DNA of 64,000 nt from Alphaproteobacteria bacterium (lineage in GTDB: Bacteria; Pseudomonadota; Alphaproteobacteria; RF32; CAG-239): the NCBI GenBank assembly GCA_017465405.1, contig JAFTWG010000001.1, positions 126,261-190,260 of the forward strand, in the 5' to 3' direction. Positions 61,344-64,000 of this stretch are shown here, in pieces. Position 1 is the stretch's first letter. Each line of letters opens with the position of its first letter. The notes beneath the pieces are model-generated. The model searched no databases. It saw nothing but the letters and a program-made list of their open reading frames with translations, and had not been told where the DNA came from. Position numbers and translations under genes: made by a program.

Positions 61344-62689
61344 TATGCCTCCTGAAATTTTTTAACCGCATCAATAATCATATTAGCAGATTCTTCAACG
61401 ATTGCTTTATCGCTACCGGAAACCCATACTCGGATTTTTGGCTCGGTTCCCGATGGGTGTAACACAACTCGTCCTATCCCTTCCATTTTATTCTTAGCTG
61501 CTTCAACTATTGTTTTAACTTCATCGGAAGCAACCGCTTTTTTTACTGTTTCTCTATCCGCAACAGAAACACTGACAAAAACATAAGGGTCGAAATCGAA
61601 TAGCGGAAATACTTCATTAGGTTTTTTACCGCTTTTCATCAAAGCTAAACAAACCAACAAAGCATTAACCATTCCATCACCGCTTTTGCAATAATCAAGA
61701 GCAACAATATGACCGGATTCTTCACCACCGATACTGCAACCTACTTCTTGCATTTTTGCAATAATTGCTCTTTCGCCTACTTTTACGCTATGATAATCAA
61801 ATCCTAAATTTCTGACATATCTTTCCATTGCTGTATTAGAAATAATTGTAGATACAACAGAATCACCGCGATATTTACCGATTTGTTTGAGATATTGCGC
61901 CAAAAAAGCTATAAGCTGTTCTGCGGGAACTTTTCGTCCTTCACTGTCACAAACCAACAATCTGTCTCCATCTCCATCAACGGCAATACCTATATGTGCA
62001 TGCGATTCTCTTACTGTTTCGTATAGTTTTTCCGGATGTTGAGAACCACAATCTTTGTTAATATTATAACCGTCAGGTTCATTACCCAAAACGATTACTC
62101 CGGCACCTAAATCCTTAAACACTTGAGGCATAATTCCGGCAAAGCAACCGTTAGCACAATCCAACACCACACGCAATCCGGTCAAAGGACGAGGCTCATC
62201 AATAATTTGTTTTGCTTTTTCCAAATACATAACTATAGCGTCTTTCACTTCGGTAATTCTACCCAATTTTTCGCTACCTAGTTCAAACTCACCTCTTTCT
62301 ACCATTTCTTCTAATTTAGCGGTAACTTCATCATCAAATTTATCACCGGTAGAATCAATAAGTTTAATTCCGTTATCATAATAAGGATTATGAGAAGCAG
62401 TTATCATAACCGACATATCTACATCTAAATCCGCTGTTATTGAAGTTAATGCCGGAGTTGGCAAAACACCTAACAAAACAACATCAACACCAGCCGCTAA
62501 AAATCCGGCAGTTAATGCAGATTGTAACATTTCTCCCGAAATTCTGGTATCACGAGCGATTGCAACTTTATGATAAACTTTACAAATTTCCAAACCGCAA
62601 GCGGTACCTAACTTTGATGCAAAATCAACATTCATCGGAAATTTATTAGCTACTCCGCGAACACCATCAGTTCCAAACAATTTTCCCAT
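61343..62689 (-). CDS. glmM: phosphoglucosamine mutase
   Basis: 'GVMITASHNPYYDNGIKL' phosphoserine loop and 'GGEESGH'. Confidence 0.9.
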   Translation of the reverse strand: MGKLFGTDGVRGVANKFPMNVDFASKLGTACGLEICKVYHKVAIARDTRISGEMLQSALTAGFLAAGVDVVLLGVLPTPALTSITADLDVDMSVMITASHNPYYDNGIKLIDSTGDKFDDEVTAKLEEMVERGEFELGSEKLGRITEVKDAIVMYLEKAKQIIDEPRPLTGLRVVLDCANGCFAGIMPQVFKDLGAGVIVLGNEPDGYNINKDCGSQHPEKLYETVRESHAHIGIAVDGDGDRLLVCDSEGRKVPAEQLIAFLAQYLKQIGKYRGDSVVSTIISNTAMERYVRNLGFDYHSVKVGERAIIAKMQEVGCSIGGEESGHIVALDYCKSGDGMVNALLVCLALMKSGKKPNEVFPLFDFDPYVFVSVSVADRETVKKAVASDEVKTIVEAAKNKMEGIGRVVLHPSGTEPKIRVWVSGSDKAIVEESANMIIDAVKKFQEA

Positions 62690-62812
62690 AATAAAAACTC
62701 CTTAATTAAACAATGAAAATAATATACAAGCATAAAAAATAAATATCAATCATATTAACATTTTACGCATAATTAAAATATTTGTACTATGCTGTTCTAA
62801 AGGAGATAAAAA

Positions 62813-63394
62813 ATGAATTTACCCGAAATAATAAAAGGCAAAAAAGTTACACTAATCCGTCCATATCCGGCAACTTTTGAATTGGCAAAAGAAATATTTG
62901 CAGCTATTGACAGTTCTCGTTCCTCTTTAGAAAGATGGTTTGCTTGGACCGAAACAACAAAATCTGCCGAAGATTCTTTTATTTATCTTATTGATTGGTG
63001 TCAAAAACATTGGGAAGAACAAAGCGGATTTGCTTATATTATCAGAGAAAACGAAAATAATAAATTAGTCGGCATGATAGACCTTGTGAAAGTAAGTAAA
63101 TCATCGTTAAAAACTCAATTCGGTTATTGGCTAAGAGAAGACGCACAAGGAAACGGTTATATGCACGATGCCGTAACAAGTTTAGAAAAAGTTTGTTTTG
63201 ACTGCGGTTTCAACCGTATTGAAATCAGAAACAATACCGCAAACATCCGCTCGGCCAATGTAGCGAAACGAGCCGGATATAATTTAGACGGTATTTTACG
63301 TCAAAATCGATGGGATAAAAAAACACAATCTTTTCACGACAGCAACGTTTGGTCAAAAATCAAAAGCGATTTAGAAAATACCATTATAAAATAG
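62813..63394 (+). CDS. GNAT family N-acetyltransferase (RimJ/RimL-like)
   Basis: 'FGYWLREDAQGNGYMHDAV' acetyl-CoA binding region. Confidence 0.65.
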   Translation: MNLPEIIKGKKVTLIRPYPATFELAKEIFAAIDSSRSSLERWFAWTETTKSAEDSFIYLIDWCQKHWEEQSGFAYIIRENENNKLVGMIDLVKVSKSSLKTQFGYWLREDAQGNGYMHDAVTSLEKVCFDCGFNRIEIRNNTANIRSANVAKRAGYNLDGILRQNRWDKKTQSFHDSNVWSKIKSDLENTIIK

Positions 63395-63444
63395 AAAAGC
63401 TTGAAAATGCTGACTAAAAGTCAGTCATTTTCAAGCTCAAGTTA

Positions 63445-63651
63445 CTAATCCCCTAAAAGGCCGTCCCAGAATCTCCACATCACCACAAAGGTAATAAGAG
63501 AGAGGACTATTGTCCAAAATATATTAATGCCTATTGCTATATGGAAGAGTCCATACAACAAGTAGCCTGCAAGGAACATGAGAACTCCCTCAACTCCTAT
63601 AAAGACGATAAACACTAATACGCCGACAACCCTCTTCAAGAAATCGAACAT
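63445..63651 (-). CDS. small membrane protein (68 aa), hypothetical
   Basis: Two hydrophobic helices; low confidence. Confidence 0.25.
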   Translation of the reverse strand: MFDFLKRVVGVLVFIVFIGVEGVLMFLAGYLLYGLFHIAIGINIFWTIVLSLITFVVMWRFWDGLLGD

Positions 63652-64000
63652 AATATACAGTGAAAGATTCTATTGCTCAAGCAACACGGGCTCACCACCT
63701 CCGTTTTTAAAAGAATATAGAACAGTCAGAACTCTTGAGCGAACTGACAGAATAATAATCTAATATAATGTATCTAAAAAGATAATAAATTACTTTTAGC
63801 ATATCATTTTCTAGACAAAAAACAAGCGTTATTTTTGTCTTGTCATCTGTTGTTTTCATACTAAATCATAAAATTTAGGAAGATGTATAAAAAAAGAGAA
63901 AAAATTTTAGTGTATATAGAAATACATGAATTTTTTCTCTTTGAAGTTTTGGGTTAAAATATATCTCATAAAAAACTCGGAGAATGAGGTAAATAATAAG

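Overview
The window is an AT-rich (roughly 30% GC by eye) bacterial chromosomal segment. The housekeeping genes look alphaproteobacterial. The window also holds several ankyrin-repeat proteins and many secreted or lipoprotein ORFs, which suggests an intracellular Rickettsiales- or Holosporales-like lifestyle; that is inference, since no search was run.

Housekeeping core (high confidence): nhaA, a FadL-family outer-membrane protein, secA, a parvulin PPIase, an M23 peptidase, clpB, rplL, rplJ, rplA, rplK, mscL, nusG, secE, hisS, tRNA-Trp, an LptF/G-type permease, gmk, yicC, an SDR, two DsbA-like proteins, a PhoU-like protein plus a Pit transporter, rlmH, rsfS, obg, rpmA, rplU, a thermonuclease, an EnvZ/OmpR-type two-component pair, pgsA, uvrC, glmM and a GNAT acetyltransferase.

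The first ~11 kb is an accessory, defense-island-like block. It contains an AbiL-like AAA-ATPase plus RloB/Toprim pair, and an ankyrin / DUF3768-like / DUF1737-like overlapping operon. It also contains an orphan tyrosine-recombinase catalytic domain, a DUF234 ATPase, and a restriction-modification module with an m5C methyltransferase, an N6A/N4C methyltransferase and an unusual LAGLIDADG-like/HNH endonuclease.

Other points of interest:
- A serine recombinase sits next to tRNA-Asp.
- A 28-bp direct duplication of the tRNA-Trp 3' end bounds a small, higher-GC islet of three unknown genes.
- mscL (with a zinc-ribbon tail) and a bifunctional glycosyltransferase are inserted between nusG and rplK.
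- clpB, not rpoB, follows rplL.
- A large lipoprotein-signal protein combines MORN repeats, a DsbA-like domain and ankyrin repeats, and contains near-identical ~99-bp tandem repeats.

No CRISPR array, rRNA or recognisable IS element was seen.
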